Shown here piece by piece: positions 50,595 through 64,000 of a stretch of 64,000 bases of DNA. Positions within the stretch are counted from its first letter, which is position 1; the number at the start of each line of letters is the position of its first letter. The translations under genes were made by a program, and so were the position numbers. The notes beneath the pieces were generated by a model, which saw only the letters and a program-made list of their open reading frames with translations, was not told the origin of the DNA and ran no database searches. The DNA is from the human T2T-CHM13v2.0 reference genome, Homo sapiens. The DNA lies in NCBI RefSeq assembly GCF_009914755.1, contig NC_060925.1. One strand, given 5' to 3'.

Positions 50595-51028
50595 TGCGTT
50601 GGCCATGGTGATGCCCTCTCTAGATCCCCTTTAGAGAAAGAACTTGCTGTTTAAATTCCCCTTCAAGAAAGACTTTTCCCAGCTGCTAAGGTTGCTGTTG
50701 GCAGGCAAGTGTCAGCTGGTAGCCCCTTCAGGGATGGCTTCAGCTGCAGAGAACTTTCTTACCTAAGGCAGTGCCCTTAAGAAAGCAGCCCACTTCAAAT
50801 GACTGCTGGAGTATTTATACAAATGCCAGGTCATTTCAGCCAATGCATGACAACATTAAGATATGGTTTTAGCTCTAAAGTATCTCCACGAGGTTGGTCA
50901 TTGGCTGAGGTTGTCATTAGGCCAGCATCACTCCTGCCAGAATCTGCTCCCTTCCTCTCCCTTCTATAGTTGTTGATTTGCCTCATGATCTATCTCAGTC
51001 TCCTTTCCAGAAAACCCAACCTATGACA
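50595..51028 (+). mobile_element. LTR16A-like ERVL solo LTR
   Basis: AGATCCCCTT...CCCAGCTGCT...GCCCCTTCAGGGAT...CAGCTGCAGAGA...TTCCAGAAAACCCAACCTATGACA. Confidence 0.72.
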
Positions 51029-53047
51029 CATGGTCATAGACAAACGTGAAGATGTTGGCTCCAGCTTTAGGGGAGAAAGTAACTTGTGCTGACTTGGCCT
51101 CCCAGTGGAGATCATCATCTGCTTGTAGAATTCCTCAATCAAAGAGTTAGGCAATGGATGACTCTCTCTCTAAATCAGGGGCAGATCATTTAGAACTAAG
51201 GATGACATAGAAGTCTTAACCTTGACTTTCTTATTTCTCAATCTCAGCAACCTGTTGTTGCTCTAGGATTTAAATATGTGGAAGCTATCTGTAGAATTCA
51301 CATAAGCCAAATAAAGTTTGGTAAAGATGATAATTTTAAAAGAAGGAACATGCATATATCCTAGTTTTGCTTGGCAATTTTTGTGTGCTCAGTTTATTAT
51401 TCTTTGCCTTTAGATGTGTTCGCTGCATTTCTTTATCTCGAGCTCCAGAATCAATCCTGGTCCCCAAAATGAATGATTTAAAAGCCTGTAAATCACTGAT
51501 TAAGCATGATAAGCCTTTGTATGGTTCTACTAGTGTCTTAAGTGCCCTGATTTCTTTGAGACTTAGCTTTTAATTTGTTTTCTAGAGAGTAAATCTCAAT
51601 AATGTAGCCTAAAATATATACCAGGAATAAATGCTCTACTGCTAAATGCCAATCTCTGCTTATGAAATCTTGGTTCCTCTTTTGTACCTCCCCACTGGCT
51701 ATCAGTGACCTGTAGAGTTTCTTGCAGATCAGGTGATAGTATCAGTCAAAGAAGATCATTACCCAAAGGCCAAGGAACTTGCATTCTTATCCCTGAATGG
51801 CCTAATTATATTAGTAGAATAAAATTTCCATTTCTACTCATAAATAATTTCTAAGGGGAAAAAAGGCCATAGCTTGATAAAATTAAAGGTTTATGGGTCA
51901 AGCCACCTTTAAACTCAGCTACTATTTTTCACAGCACAGGTCTTTATTCTTCCCTTTCCTGTATCTAACCCCTACCCCATTACCAATTTGATCAAGCACA
52001 AAGAAGAAACAGACTCAAGTTCAATTGGCCTAGTCTGGCTGAAAATAATCTGGGGAGAAAAGAAAAGGTCAAGACCATAGCAAAGTTCTTTTCATTAAGA
52101 AGATGTCATAAGCAGAGCATAAACACTGTGATCACTAAGAGCATGGAATAATATTCACATTGACAGAATCTTAGCATAAATAAAAGAGTTTCATTAAATT
52201 GAAATGAAAAAGTTCAGTGACCCTTACCACATCCAAGGATATTCCCAGAATTTAGCAAAAAGAAGCAAATATATATATATATATTAAGAGAATGTTTTCA
52301 AGACTTCTTTCTAAAATGATTGTGGCAATTACAGGCACAATCTGGCAGGAGGTACCATGGATCTTGCCACCCAGGCAAGACTCATCTCATTGGTCACCTC
52401 TTTGCTCCATCTCTAAAATTTCCTCTTTCATTTCTTAAAAATGATGCTATGTTTCTCTCTTGCTTACATCTATCAAACCTAATTTTTGGAACTTTTCTTC
52501 CTGTGCTGTACTTGATTAAATGGAGTCTTAACCCCTTTTATCTTGTTGGAATTATATCATCTGGCCAGACATTTCTCTTTCTGCCTGGAGTCTTAATGGC
52601 TGGCTCATTCCTTATATTTCTTTCATTAACCTTTTACCATCATCAATATTGGCAGAAGAATGTACTTAATACGAATACATTTACAAATATAAAATATACT
52701 TATTTTTTCTCAAACCCAAACTTCACAATTCTGGGAAAGAACACAAACTGTCAGGGAGCCTTGAGCTAAGTGGCTTCCATGGAGTCAGATATATTAGCTT
52801 TCTTTACACAGAGGGCAATGTCAGGGGAGGAAAGTTAGGGGGCAGAAGAAGGAGGGGTCTTCCTAAAACACACTCTCAATTGGATAGAGTAATTTTTTGA
52901 CACATGAAAACTCCTTAGGCATTTAACTTTTGTTGTCAGATAAATTTCTGGCAATATCTAAGCAGACATCTTGAGAATTAATATCTAAAACTAAGTTTCT
53001 GGCCCCAAACCTCAGTGCAGTGGTTTAAAAAGAAAAACAAATCATCC

Positions 53048-53351
<304 letters not shown>

Positions 53352-54259
53352 TCATCAGACCCTATAGGTGTAAGTTTGTGAATAGTTAAAAGAACAGCCT
53401 TAGTTCCTGTTTCATTTTTTTATTTGGAATTCTTGCCACTCTGTCACTGAACATCTTGAGTTTGTTTTGCATATCATCAACTGTATGAGATGAAGTTTTT
53501 TTTTATCCTTTATTAACTATGCAATCAAAGTATCAGGCCCTGCATGATTCCCCAAAATTTGTGGTTTTCAGATCAGCAGTGCCCTAGTTCAAGAAGAAAA
53601 TTGCTTTCAGCCAGTATTATTCAAAGAGTCTTGTTTCCATTTTATCTTTTATTTAACACTGCTGTGTCATCTAGGGGCCCGTTCACAAGGACTCCAATTA
53701 TTTGATAGGCAGCAGCCAGTGACATTTTTCTCTCGTTTTCTCATCTGATAGGCATAAGTTAAAATTTATTTTTATTAAAAAATTAGGCACCTACTTAGAG
53801 GTTGGGGAAGTTTACATGAGGGCCACAAAGATTTCACTGTGAAGCAAATTTTTAAAAAAAGAAAAGATCTCTCTGAAATGAAGACTGCTGCACAATTACC
53901 TGAAGAGAGCCTATAGCCATGGCTTAAACCACCTAGCTTATCTCTCTCTTGATCCCCTGATGACTGACAGACTGATAACAACCTAATATACCTAGTGTTT
54001 GAACAGAGGCCCTTGGTTACTTCTTGGCAAAAGTACAAATAAGCCATTGGCTTTTCTTTTGTCTTGAATTTGACTCAGTCAACTTCATTCAGGCACTGGT
54101 TATAAAAGCCAATCCAAAAGTTGTTTTTAAAAGTTACTAGATGATTGTCCTTTAAGAATGGATAATCTTCCATAAAATGTTGAAGCATGTCTCTCTGCTT
54201 TTTGGCGCACCTCTAACCAGGTCTACACCTTGATGATGATGACATTTTTAAGCCAAATG

Positions 54260-54510
54260 TGGGCCGAACACACAGTTTATAGGAATCATTTATTCCCTGC
54301 CATAATCCTATGAAGTAGGCCTTATCATTCCTACCTTACAGAAAGTAAATAGGCACTATCATTCCTATCTTATAAGAAATTGAGGATTGAGATGTTAAGT
54401 AACTTGCACAAACTTATATATATAATAGTTGGTAAATCCAGAGTTAGAACCCAGAAAGTTAAAACTACAAAAGCTGTGCTCATGAACACTTTGGCCCACT
54501 GCATTTTATA
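54260..54510 (-). mobile_element. MIR SINE with a short internal duplication
   Basis: CCTATGAAGTAGG...GAAATTGAGG...GTTAAGTAACTTGC...TTAGAACCCAG. Confidence 0.7.
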
Positions 54511-54549
54511 CTTATCTTCATCTACTTATCTAACCATCTATTTATGTTT

Positions 54550-54850
54550 TTGTGAAATACATGATCATGGTAAATTATCAATAACATTAAAAAATAAAAT
54601 ATTTGCTTATTTTCCCTCAAAGGGAGAAAATTTTCTTGACTATCACTTAACACCTCATTTATTCTCTTCCAGAATTCACATTTTCTTTTTCTCATTCATT
54701 CACTCTTTGTCATTTAATATCCTACTTTTTAATTTAACATTATACATGAGCCTTTTATGTCATTAAACATAATATTCTTCAAAAATCTGATCTTAATGGT
54801 AACATAATATTCTATTAAATAGCCATATTTGACATGTATTTTATGTTGAG
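54550..54850 (-). mobile_element. Old L1M (MC/ME) 3' fragment
   Basis: TTTAACATTATACATGAGC...TGTCATTAAA...TTAATGG...CATAATATTCTATT. Confidence 0.45.
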
Positions 54851-54889
54851 AAATAAGATCTTTTCCTTCTGGGAAGTACACATTTCTTA

Positions 54890-55300
54890 TTCTCTTTCCT
54901 TTCCCACAGTCTCCAGGTGTGAGCACATAACTCAGGCCTGGTCAATCAAAGTGCCATATATTTTAACCATTTTTCTTTTCTCTTCTTTTTTTTTTCTTGA
55001 GATTGGCATGTAACTCAAAGTGTTTTAATGTGAACTCTCAAAAATGTTTACTGGATCTGTTGGAAAGACACTCTTTCTGTTAATGTTCCTAAGTCGGCAA
55101 GTCTAGAGTTTCTGGTGAGTAGCTATCTGAGAATGGAGATATCACTGCAGAGAGCTGGTTAAAGTCCTGAGAGCTAAGTTCCTCATTGTGTTGCTGGATA
55201 GCTAGATGGAGCCTTACCTGATGTTAGCTTTAACCCTGAACTTTCATACATGTGAAACTATAAGCCTCCTTTTTTGCGTAAACAGCAAGTGCCAAGTTCA
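54890..55300 (+). mobile_element. MLT1K/L-like LTR fragment
   Basis: GTGAGCACATAACTCAGGCCTGGTCAATCA...CCCTGAACTTTCA. Confidence 0.5.
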
Positions 55301-55324
55301 TGAAATAGGATCCTGCTGTCACCA

Positions 55325-56680
55325 CTGAAGAATAAAGAGAGGCCAGTGTGGTGTGTGAGGCAAGGAGAATGGCAAGAGATAAGCACAGAGAGAGCACAGG
55401 ACCAGGGCTAAGTCACACAGTGTCTTAAGGGATATATATATATATATATATCTGGAATTTGTCCTTTATGTCAAGTGAGAGAGAAGTCAGTCATTGGAGG
55501 GTTCTGTGCAGAGAAATGGCATAGCTTGACACCATGTAAAAAAAAATGACCCGGATCATTTTTTTGGAAGCTTTTGCTGGGGCAGAGCAGAGAGATGAAT
55601 AAAAAACTATTCTAAAAATCAGAGGAAAGACGATAACACCTTTTACCAGAGTGGTAGCCTGGTTGCAGTGAGAAGTGGTTAGATCCTAGATGTATTTTAA
55701 AGATAAAATTAATAGGATTTGCTGAGAGTTAAAATGTGGTATGAAAAAGACAGAGAGAAGTCAGTAATGACTCTAAGGTTTTTGCCATTAGCAATTGAAG
55801 AATGGAATTATCATCAGCTGAGATTGGGGGATACTGTAGGAAAAACAGATTTCAAGGAAGGAGTAAAGCCAATAGTTCTGTTTAGGACTTGTTAAGTTTG
55901 AGATGCCCTTTACTTGTCTAGATGGAAATGTCAAGATCTCTGTTATATGTCCAAATGCATATGGAAGTCTGGGTTTCAAAACAGAAATCCAGGTTAGAGA
56001 TGTGAAGTTGGGAAATGTCAGCATACAAATGTTTTTTAAATCCCTAAGACTAGTAAATGAAACAGAGAAGAGGTCTCAAGACTGAGGCCTGAGTCATTCT
56101 AGAAATAAGAGTTTGGGCAGATGAGGGAGAACCAGAAAAGTTGGTTGAAAAGAAAACAGCCAGTGAAGTAAGAAAGTGAGCCACAGAGAGAGTAGTGGAT
56201 TGAATAGTGCAGACTAGTAGTTGTGGGCTGAATATTTGTGTCCACCCCACCATTCATATGCTAAAGTTGTAACTTCCAGTGTGAGGGTATTTAGAGGTGG
56301 GTCATTTGGGAGGTAATTAGAGTTAGATTAGAGTTTGGGGGCCCTCAAGATTGGATGAATCCTCTTACAAAAAGAGGAGACTTGGAATCTTGCTCTCTGC
56401 TCTCCCCCATTTGGGGACACAAGGAGAAGATGGCCATCTGCAAACCAGGAAGCCAGCCCTCGCCAGACACTCAATCTTTTGGCTCCTTAATCTTGAACTT
56501 TCCAGGCTTCATAATCATGAGAAATAAATTCCTGCTGTTTAGGCCACCCAGTTTATGGTACTCTGTTACAGCAGCCCAAAATGACTAAGATACTAGTGGA
56601 GAAAGGAGTGATTAACTGTGTCAAATGCAATCTATGCTGAATAATGACAATGAGGCAGAGCAAAAGTGAGAGTGTTAGTT
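55325..56680 (-). mobile_element. L2a LINE interrupted by MLT1A
   Basis: GAGGCCAGTGTGG...AGGATTTGCTGA...GACTCTAAGGTTTTTG...GTTAAGTTTGAGATGCC...AACTGTGTCAAATGC. Confidence 0.8.
56219..56592 (+). mobile_element. MLT1A-family MaLR solo LTR
   Basis: TTGTGGGCTGAATATTTGTGTCC...GCAGCCCAAAATGACTAAGATA; perfect TSD CTAGT. Confidence 0.88.
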
Positions 56681-56687
56681 GTAGAAA

Positions 56688-57640
56688 CAGGCCAGCTACA
56701 TGGGAATATGACAGGTGCAGTCTCACAGGGTCCCATGCTTAGGGTTTTATGCTCTGTGGTGGCTATCGTGACTTTTTTTTCAAGTTTTATTTTAGTGTGG
56801 TAGGAACACAACATGAGATTTGATCTCTTAACAAATTTTAAAGTGAAAATACAGTATTATAAATTATAGGTGCAATGTTGTACAGTAGATCTCTAAAGCT
56901 TACTCATCTTGTTTAACTGACAGTGTCTATCCATTGATTAGCAACCACCCTTTTTTCCTCACCTCTTTCCCTGGTAACTACCATTCTACTCTCTGATTCT
57001 ATGAATTTGACTGCGTTAGATACTTTATATAAATGAAATGATTATCTGTCCTACATCTGTCTTATTTCATTTAGCATAATGTCCTCAAGGTTCATCCATA
57101 TTGGTACATATTATAGAATTTTATGCATTTTTAAGGCTGGATAGGTGTCACCAATCATTAGAGAAATGCAAATCAAACCTATCGTGAAATCTCTCATAAT
57201 TTATCTTTGAATTCGTGTTTTGTAAATGAAGTCCAATGGGATATTGGAGCATATACTTGGGTCTAGGAGCCTCAGTTTACATGTGATTTGCCTCTCTCAG
57301 CTTCTCTGCCTCCTTGCGAGGGATTCTCAGCTGTCACTACCCCACCACCACGCAATAACTGGTGCCTCTGTTGCCCTGCCCACTGTGGGGTCCTGGGTGC
57401 AGCTATAGGGAAGGTGGAAGTCAGGCACATGCCCTGTGTGGTGAATCTCAGTCAATCTGAGCACATGGAAGGGTCTGCACTTGCCTATGACTATCCCTAT
57501 GCCCAAGAGAGGTTATATTCAATGGCAAATAAATTCAATGGCTTTATGAAGGGTTAAAAGAGATCCCTAGGATTAGAAAAAAAGAAATCTTTTTCCTGCT
57601 TTGTGAACAAAGGGCCTCACAAATTTTGTGACCAACCCTA
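56688..57640 (+). mobile_element. MER115-like hAT-Tip100 element split by an L1 insertion
   Basis: CAGGCCAGCT.CATGGG...GTGCAGTC.CACAGGG start; resumes ...ATAATTTATCTTTGAATTCGTGTTTTGTAAATGAAGTCC; ends TGAACAAAGGGCC...CAAATT.TGT. Confidence 0.7.
56772..57178 (-). mobile_element. L1MA9/10-type 3' fragment with a short inverted 5' segment
   Basis: Antisense 3' UTR (TGTTGTACAGTAGATCTCTA...AGGTTCATCCAT) to ~57144; sense ORF2 piece AATCATTAGAGAAATGCAAATCAAA at 57145-57178; TSD CTATCGTGA. Confidence 0.8.
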
Positions 57641-58569
57641 TATAAAAAGTTCATTTCAGTAGTTTAAGGAATCAGTGCATAGTTAGGATATAAAAAGGGC
57701 AAGACTAAGCTGTTCTCTTATGTAAAGGAGGATATTGAAGGGAGACTAGAATTGATGTATACTTTTTAGTGTTTCTTTGTTGGAGGAGGATGGATTAATC
57801 TGAGCATTTGTGAATGTCAGTGGGCAGGAATCAGTGGGCAGGAATCAGTGGAGGAATCAGGTAATAAGAGGGAAGTAATGAATGATGGAACAAATCACTG
57901 GGAAGACTAGAGAAGATGGAAGGGTCTCAACCATATCAGAATCCTTCAGGCAGAATCGTGAGCACATTTAACACTGAAATAAGTAACTAGTGAATAGATT
58001 GTCTGAGCATCTCTCATCAGGAAGTGCTAGGCATTGCCTGTGGGGGGCCTGACCGACTACAACCAGGAAACAAGAGGAGAAAAGCCTCATCGTCAGAAAA
58101 TGGACGTTAAGGTTTGAAAAAGAAAGTAAAGGTAGGTGGTCCCTCTGAAGCCTAAGAGAGAGTGAATGCAAGAGCTTTTGACATGTGGCCTGAATATATT
58201 CAGTCATTTGAAAGGCAAGGTCATCGTAAGAGAAAATAAGCAAAGGAAGTGAACAGAGATGTAAAGAGAGAAGACACAATTTAGAGAGATGATTATGAGC
58301 ATTTCCAACCAATGGAAAGGTTCCATGCGAGGTCACATGAGATGCATTTGTAGTGACCCAGTACTTTGCTCATAGCAGACATTTAGAAAATGTTTGTTGA
58401 ACAAATTCTGGATAGGATAGGCCCCATTGTGGATCCCCATCAAACAGTTTACTGTGACTGCACAAGACTAGAGATGACCGGTGTGAGCAGAGGCTCAGGG
58501 CTGCCAATTAGCATGGCCGAAAATCGCAGGCCTCTGCCCGTTTCTGCAGGCTCCAAGCCTGTGATTCCT

Positions 58570-58950
58570 ATCTTACAGTCTCCTCTCCAGATACTGAATA
58601 CCACTCACTATTTCTTAAAATCACTTCTCACCCCCACTTCTTCCTTTGCACATGTTATTTCTTCTGCAGGTAATTCCTTCATAGCTTGAAGAGCTCCTAT
58701 TGGGCTCAAAGTCCAAATCCAGCTTCTGTGAAGCCTTCTGTGATGGCCTTCTGCATAGTCATGCTGCCACAATATCTTGTACATAACCCCATAATTAGAA
58801 CTTATACATTGTTATTTTAATTAAAGTTTATATTTCTTCTTCCCACTACAGTAAGAGTTCCTTAAGAGTGGAAATGTGTTATTGCAGCCGTACTATATAA
58901 TACCAGTCATAAAGAAGGTGCTCAATAATTGTTTGTGGCCTGAATGACTA
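58570..58950 (+). mobile_element. L2 3' fragment
   Basis: CCTTTGCACATG...CTTCTGTGAAGCCTTC...GGTGCTCAATAA. Confidence 0.6.
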
Positions 58951-59039
58951 CTTGGCTAAGTAAATGACTGGCCAATTAATCATTAATAAAGAGTATGATG
59001 AAACTCAAAAGATAAAATGTTACAGAGGAAATAAAGTGA

Positions 59040-59435
59040 CACAGGGGCAGCAGTCGACATTTGCTATTTATTATCACTCAGTATCCATTTCTCCCTTCTC
59101 TTACTGCTGGAAACATTTTTTAATATTAATAGTATCTACATTTTCCCATGGCTTCTATGGGTTTCCAAGGCCATCTCAAACTTCCTTGGCTGTGAAAGAG
59201 AAAGCCTGCGGTCCAGCCAGTCACTGGCAGCCATTTTTGTAGAGAAATCCTGGGACAGTAGAGCCAAGCAATGCAGAGACGGATTCATCTACATTGTTAG
59301 GGTAGCCAGATAAAGCCTCTCTGAAACCAGTATTTCCTCTGAACTTTGTAAATCACATGCACCAATTCTTAATTGCTGAAGGTATTTGGTATTGAGTCTT
59401 CTATTATCTAGAGCCCAAACATCCTAGTTGAATCA
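59040..59435 (+). mobile_element. MLT1K/L-like LTR
   Basis: GTATCCATTTCTCCCTTC...GGCAGCCATTTT...CCTCTGAACTTT. Confidence 0.45.
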
Positions 59436-59768
59436 GAATCATGGAGATAACCCAGTCATCTCCACTGGGTTTGAAGTCGGGGAGAGTCTTGGCTCTGTGA
59501 ATTAGGGACAAGTAACACATTTGATGAGGTGGAAATAAGTCCAGTGAGCAATAGAATGCCATGATAATGATTGCAATACTCTTTTGACCCTTCTGCAGCT
59601 GGACACTCAATATTCAACAGCTTGGTGTAAGACTTATGCTTGTGTTGATAAGGATCTTTTAGTCATGACCCTGTGGTTCTCTAACTGAATACACTGGCAC
59701 ATTCAGAGTCCGTTATCTTTTTGTTTTATATATTATTCTCACTTAAAAAATGTCTGAGAGAACCTTGG

Positions 59769-59770
<2 letters not shown>

Positions 59771-59802
<32 letters not shown>
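59771..59802. repeat. (TG)16 microsatellite
   Basis: Directly visible. Confidence 0.95.
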
Positions 59803-59803
<1 letters not shown>

Positions 59804-60644
59804 ACGCACTTAGCACTGACCCATGGCAATGAACAGAGATACATTATGCATTTCCCATGCATAATTTCAGAATACCTGTCCCTTCCAAAAATAAACCATC
59901 CTATGGCTCTTGGTAGTGTTTAAATAAATCAAACTGACTCACACAGCTTCCAGACCTTCAGCTGAGCTTCTCTGTTTGGACTCAGAATAGAGTGCATGCA
60001 CCCCTGGCTGGTTCTTTGTTGCTGAGTCCAGGCTCCATGTCTTGTATCCTTTACCATGTCATATATCATACGCTGCCACCCTCTTGTCTGAGCTCTGTTA
60101 ACTTTGCCTCCTGCTCATGCTGAAACAGTGCCAAGGGTGGGTCATGGCTGTCTCCCTTCAGTGCCTTTCACTTTACAACTGACTCCCCCAGCTGACTCGT
60201 CCTCTCTCTGCCATTTCCTTGAAGCTTCCTGGAATCTCTCTCATCAAGGAAACCGAGAAGCACAGGCATAAGGGTATTATTTGTGACATTTCAGAAGGGA
60301 GAAAATGTTTTTGCAGCTCTTTTTCCCTGCCCCTTAAGAGAGAACACTGGTGGAACCTTTGAAACAGTAAATACACTTGAAATCTTCATGTGTTCAAAGG
60401 CTCTCTGGCTAGTCACAGAAGCATGTTCCCTGGAACAGCCTGCTTAGAGGAAGGTTCAACTATCTCCTCAGGCAAGTCCTGAGTAATTCCCTACTTTAAG
60501 AGCAGTAAACCCTTCTTCTTCTCCTCCCTCAACAGAGAATTTCTTCCTAGATGTAATAGCCTTTGGCCCAGACTGGAGCATAACATGATTCCCTTCTGAA
60601 AGGGTCTTTGGAAGTCTCTTTGCTATAGGGAATGCCTAATAGCC

Positions 60645-61055
60645 CTGTGCAGCATGATTGACAGCTATTTTGCCATCAAACTTAATACCATTTGTCTAAA
60701 ACAGGTACTATTTTTTTTTTCTGATGAAGAAAATTGGCATATCCAATGTAGGCAGCTTTTAAAAATTTTAATGTGAAGGGAAAATTAAGAAGAGTATTAA
60801 AAGGAACTCTGATATCCATCCTCCCCAAAATGTTATTGTAGTAGCTCTCACCCTTCCAAACACTGTCACATATCCATTATGCTGTCATGGATCAGTGTAC
60901 AATTGACAGGGAATAAGATTGAGACAGTCCATCAATCTAATGTCACACCGTGTAATAAAAGTCTACAGAAACCCTGTAAATGCTACTTACACTGACAGAT
61001 ACAGCTCCAAAGTGCCGATTGGTATAAAATGTTCTAAATGGCTATAAATAGGTAA
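60645..61055. promoter_or_regulatory. Candidate TALE/HOX/MEF2 enhancer (motif cluster only)
   Basis: TGATTGACAG at 60655-60664, four more TGACAG/CTGTCA, AGATTGATGG (minus, 60929-60938), GTAATAAAA (60952-60960) and CTATAAATAG (61042-61051), in sequence I could not match to a repeat. Confidence 0.35.
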
Positions 61056-61928
61056 TATAGCCTAAGGAAAATCCGACTCTTTAGTGGTATTGAAAAGAGA
61101 AAATAGCAGAAATTACAGATTATTACCAATGGAAATAAGGCCAGAGGGCACTCGCATGAGGAGATGGGTCTAGGGAGATAAATGAAAAGGAGATAGCCCT
61201 ATGTCAAACAATCTTTCCTATTCACTATTTATAATGGTCTATACGCTTAAGGCCTTTTTGAGTACATGGGAAAAATTGCAATCTTTACTGAAATTGCAAG
61301 AATTTAAAATCTTATCTGTCTAGTCCAAACTTTGCTTAGAGGAGCTTTGGTATTTGATGAAAAGGTGGCTCACAATTATAGTATTGTATTTACTAATTTC
61401 TTAAAAAGTAAAATTTAATTACACAAAAGTATTAGAGTATTTAGCCACTATTCTATAACCTTTTATGAATGACTTTTTAATCCTTTGAAAATGGACATAC
61501 TGAGGCATTTGTTTATGTTCATTTTTCAGTCATTGTCAGCTTATGAGCATGTTCAAAATCTCATAAGAAACCATCGTTCTTATAAAAACATAATTTGACA
61601 TTTGTGGGGATACCAGAAACGGTTCTGTTAACAAATGTGTGCTACCACTTTGAGTGCCCAGACAATGGCTGGAAGGAGTATTGGCAATATAATGTCTATC
61701 AAGAGCATGAGCTTCCAGTGTCTGCGACCAAAATTCAAGACATAACATTATAATAAAAGAACGCAATCAGTATGTTTGGTCCATGAATATACATATTTGT
61801 ATGTTCATCACTGAATATAATTTAAATACATGCTTAATGATCTGTTTAGCCTAGAAATGTTATAAAAGACAGACTACATTTTAAAGTTAGGTAATGTATC
61901 AGCAGGGTTCTCCAGAGAAACAGAAACT

Positions 61929-62060
61929 AGATAGATAGATAGATAGATAGAGATATAGATATAGATAGATAGATAGATAGAGATATAGATAGATAGATAT
62001 AGATATAGATAGAATACAGATATAATATATATAGTTTCTATATAACCATATAGATATATA
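61929..62060. repeat. (GATA)n/(TA)n compound STR
   Basis: Directly visible within the MLT2D LTR. Confidence 0.92.
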
Positions 62061-62369
62061 TCTTTTTTGTTTCATTTTATTTTTTAAGGAAATGGTTTGC
62101 ATATATCTTTATGTGTGTGTCTGTTTTTAAAGGAATTCTTCACGTGATTATGGAGGCTGGCAACTCCAAAATCTGTAGATCAGGCTGGACAGCTGGAAAT
62201 TTGAGTAGGAATAATGCTGCAGTCTTGAGGCAGAATTTCTTTTCCAGGAAACCTCAATGTTTGCTGTTAAGGCTTTCAACTGATTGGATGAGGCCCACCA
62301 AACTTACTGAGTGTAATCTCCTTTAATTAAAGTTAACTGATTGTAGATAGTAAACATATCTACAAAATA

Positions 62370-63097
62370 CAGTATTTTCTCCCTTATCTGTGGATTTGCT
62401 TCCCTCAGTTTCAGCTACCCATGGTTCAAAACTATAAAATGAAAAACTGCAGAAATAAATAATTCATAAATTTTAAATTGTGCAACATTCTGAGCAGCAC
62501 CATAAAATTGTAAGTTGTCTCACTCAGTTCCTCCTAGGATGGGAATCCTTCCTTTGTCCATCATCTCCACACTCTCTACTCTCTCACCCCTTAGTCACTC
62601 AGTAGCCTTCTCAGTTATCAAATGTACTGTCACGGTACCGCACTGCCTGTGTTCAAGTCTCTCTTATTTTACTTAATAATGACCCCAGATTGCAAGGGTA
62701 GTGATACTGGAAACTCAGATAGGCCGAAGAAATGCCGTCAGGTGTTTCCTTGAGATGAAAAGGTCAAAGTTCTTGACTCAATACATAAAAAAAAAAAAAA
62801 AGTTTGTACGTTGAGGTTGCTAAGATCTGCAATAATAATAAATTTTCTATCAATGAGATTGTGAAGAAGGAAAAAGAAATTTGTGCTAGTTTGATGTAGA
62901 GCCTCAAATTGAAAATGTTTTGGCCATGGTACACAGTAAGTACTTAGCTAAGATGGAAAAGGCATTAAATTTGTGGCTGTAAGACAGGAAAAGAAACATA
63001 TTCCAATTGACATCAATTGGGTTCAGTACTATTTGTGGTTTCAGGCATCCCCTAGGGGTCTTGGAATGTATCCTCCACAGATAAAGAGGGAGTGTTG
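62370..63097 (+). mobile_element. MER44C-like (Tigger7 deletion derivative)
   Basis: 728 bp between TA duplications; terminal CCCTTATCTGTGG / CCACAGATAAAG; internal TGTGAAGAAGGAAAAAGAAATT and AAGATGGAAAAGGCATTAAATTTGTGG transposase N-terminal remnant. Confidence 0.85.
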
Positions 63098-63429
63098 TAC
63101 CTTCAGAGCAATATTTAGATTTGTGTTTGACTAAATAACTAGGTACTATGACCTTGCCAAGTTGAAACATGAAATTAACCATCACAAGTAATGAGAAGGA
63201 TGCTAGTTTAAGTTGTAGTGTTACTGTAGCTATATTACCTTCCTTAACTAAGAACACATCTATGAAGTCACATCTAATTTCTGTTTGTATATCGGTTCTG
63301 AGAAGGGATCTAAATGGTTCATTACTTAGGTATTTCTCAGTTTATCAAAGAAAACTGAAAATTTTGAACTGATGATTTCTTCAAAATTTTAAGTCTTGCT
63401 GTAAGTCACAAAATAAATGTTGTATGTTT

Positions 63430-63957
<528 letters not shown>

Positions 63958-64000
63958 ATTTCAGAAGCCATCCTGTATATTAATTCTAGATTTTAAATTA

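Larger units (their letters stand above)
61895..63186 (-). mobile_element. MLT2D-like ERVL solo LTR, interrupted by MER44; internal (GATA)n
   Basis: TGTATCAGCAGGGTTCTCCAGAGAAACAGAA...TTCAACTGATTGGATGAGGCCCACC...AAATTAACCATCACA; TSD GGTAA/AGTAA. Confidence 0.85.

Noticed and set aside
52320-52769. Longest ORF in the window (149 aa)
   Set aside because: TTG start, F/L-rich composition typical of AT-rich noncoding DNA, and no recognisable domain or exon context.
53664-53680. CTCF-like TGTCATCTAGGGG
   Set aside because: Two mismatches in core positions and no supporting context.

Overview
AT-rich, CpG-poor primate (human-like) genomic DNA, intergenic or deep intronic. I find no protein-coding exon, RNA gene, CpG island or CRISPR-like array; the listed ORFs are explained by repeats, low complexity or chance. 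The window is a mosaic of interspersed repeats, named from recall of consensus sequences rather than a database search: five Alu pieces, many MIR/L2 remnants, old L1 fragments, hAT and mariner/Tigger MITEs (MADE1, MER5, MER53, MER58, MER115, MER44), many MaLR/ERVL solo LTRs and two decayed ERVL-class proviruses with readable pol remnants. The best leads are a PBX/MEIS/HOX/MEF2 motif cluster in apparently unique DNA (~60.65-61.05 kb), three tandem duplications with fold-back junctions, a nearly pure A/T quasi-palindrome at ~30.0 kb, a four-level nested transposon stack, an ancient twin-primed L1 and an intact MLT2A1 LTR promoter module. I cannot support a claim that a new biological system is present.
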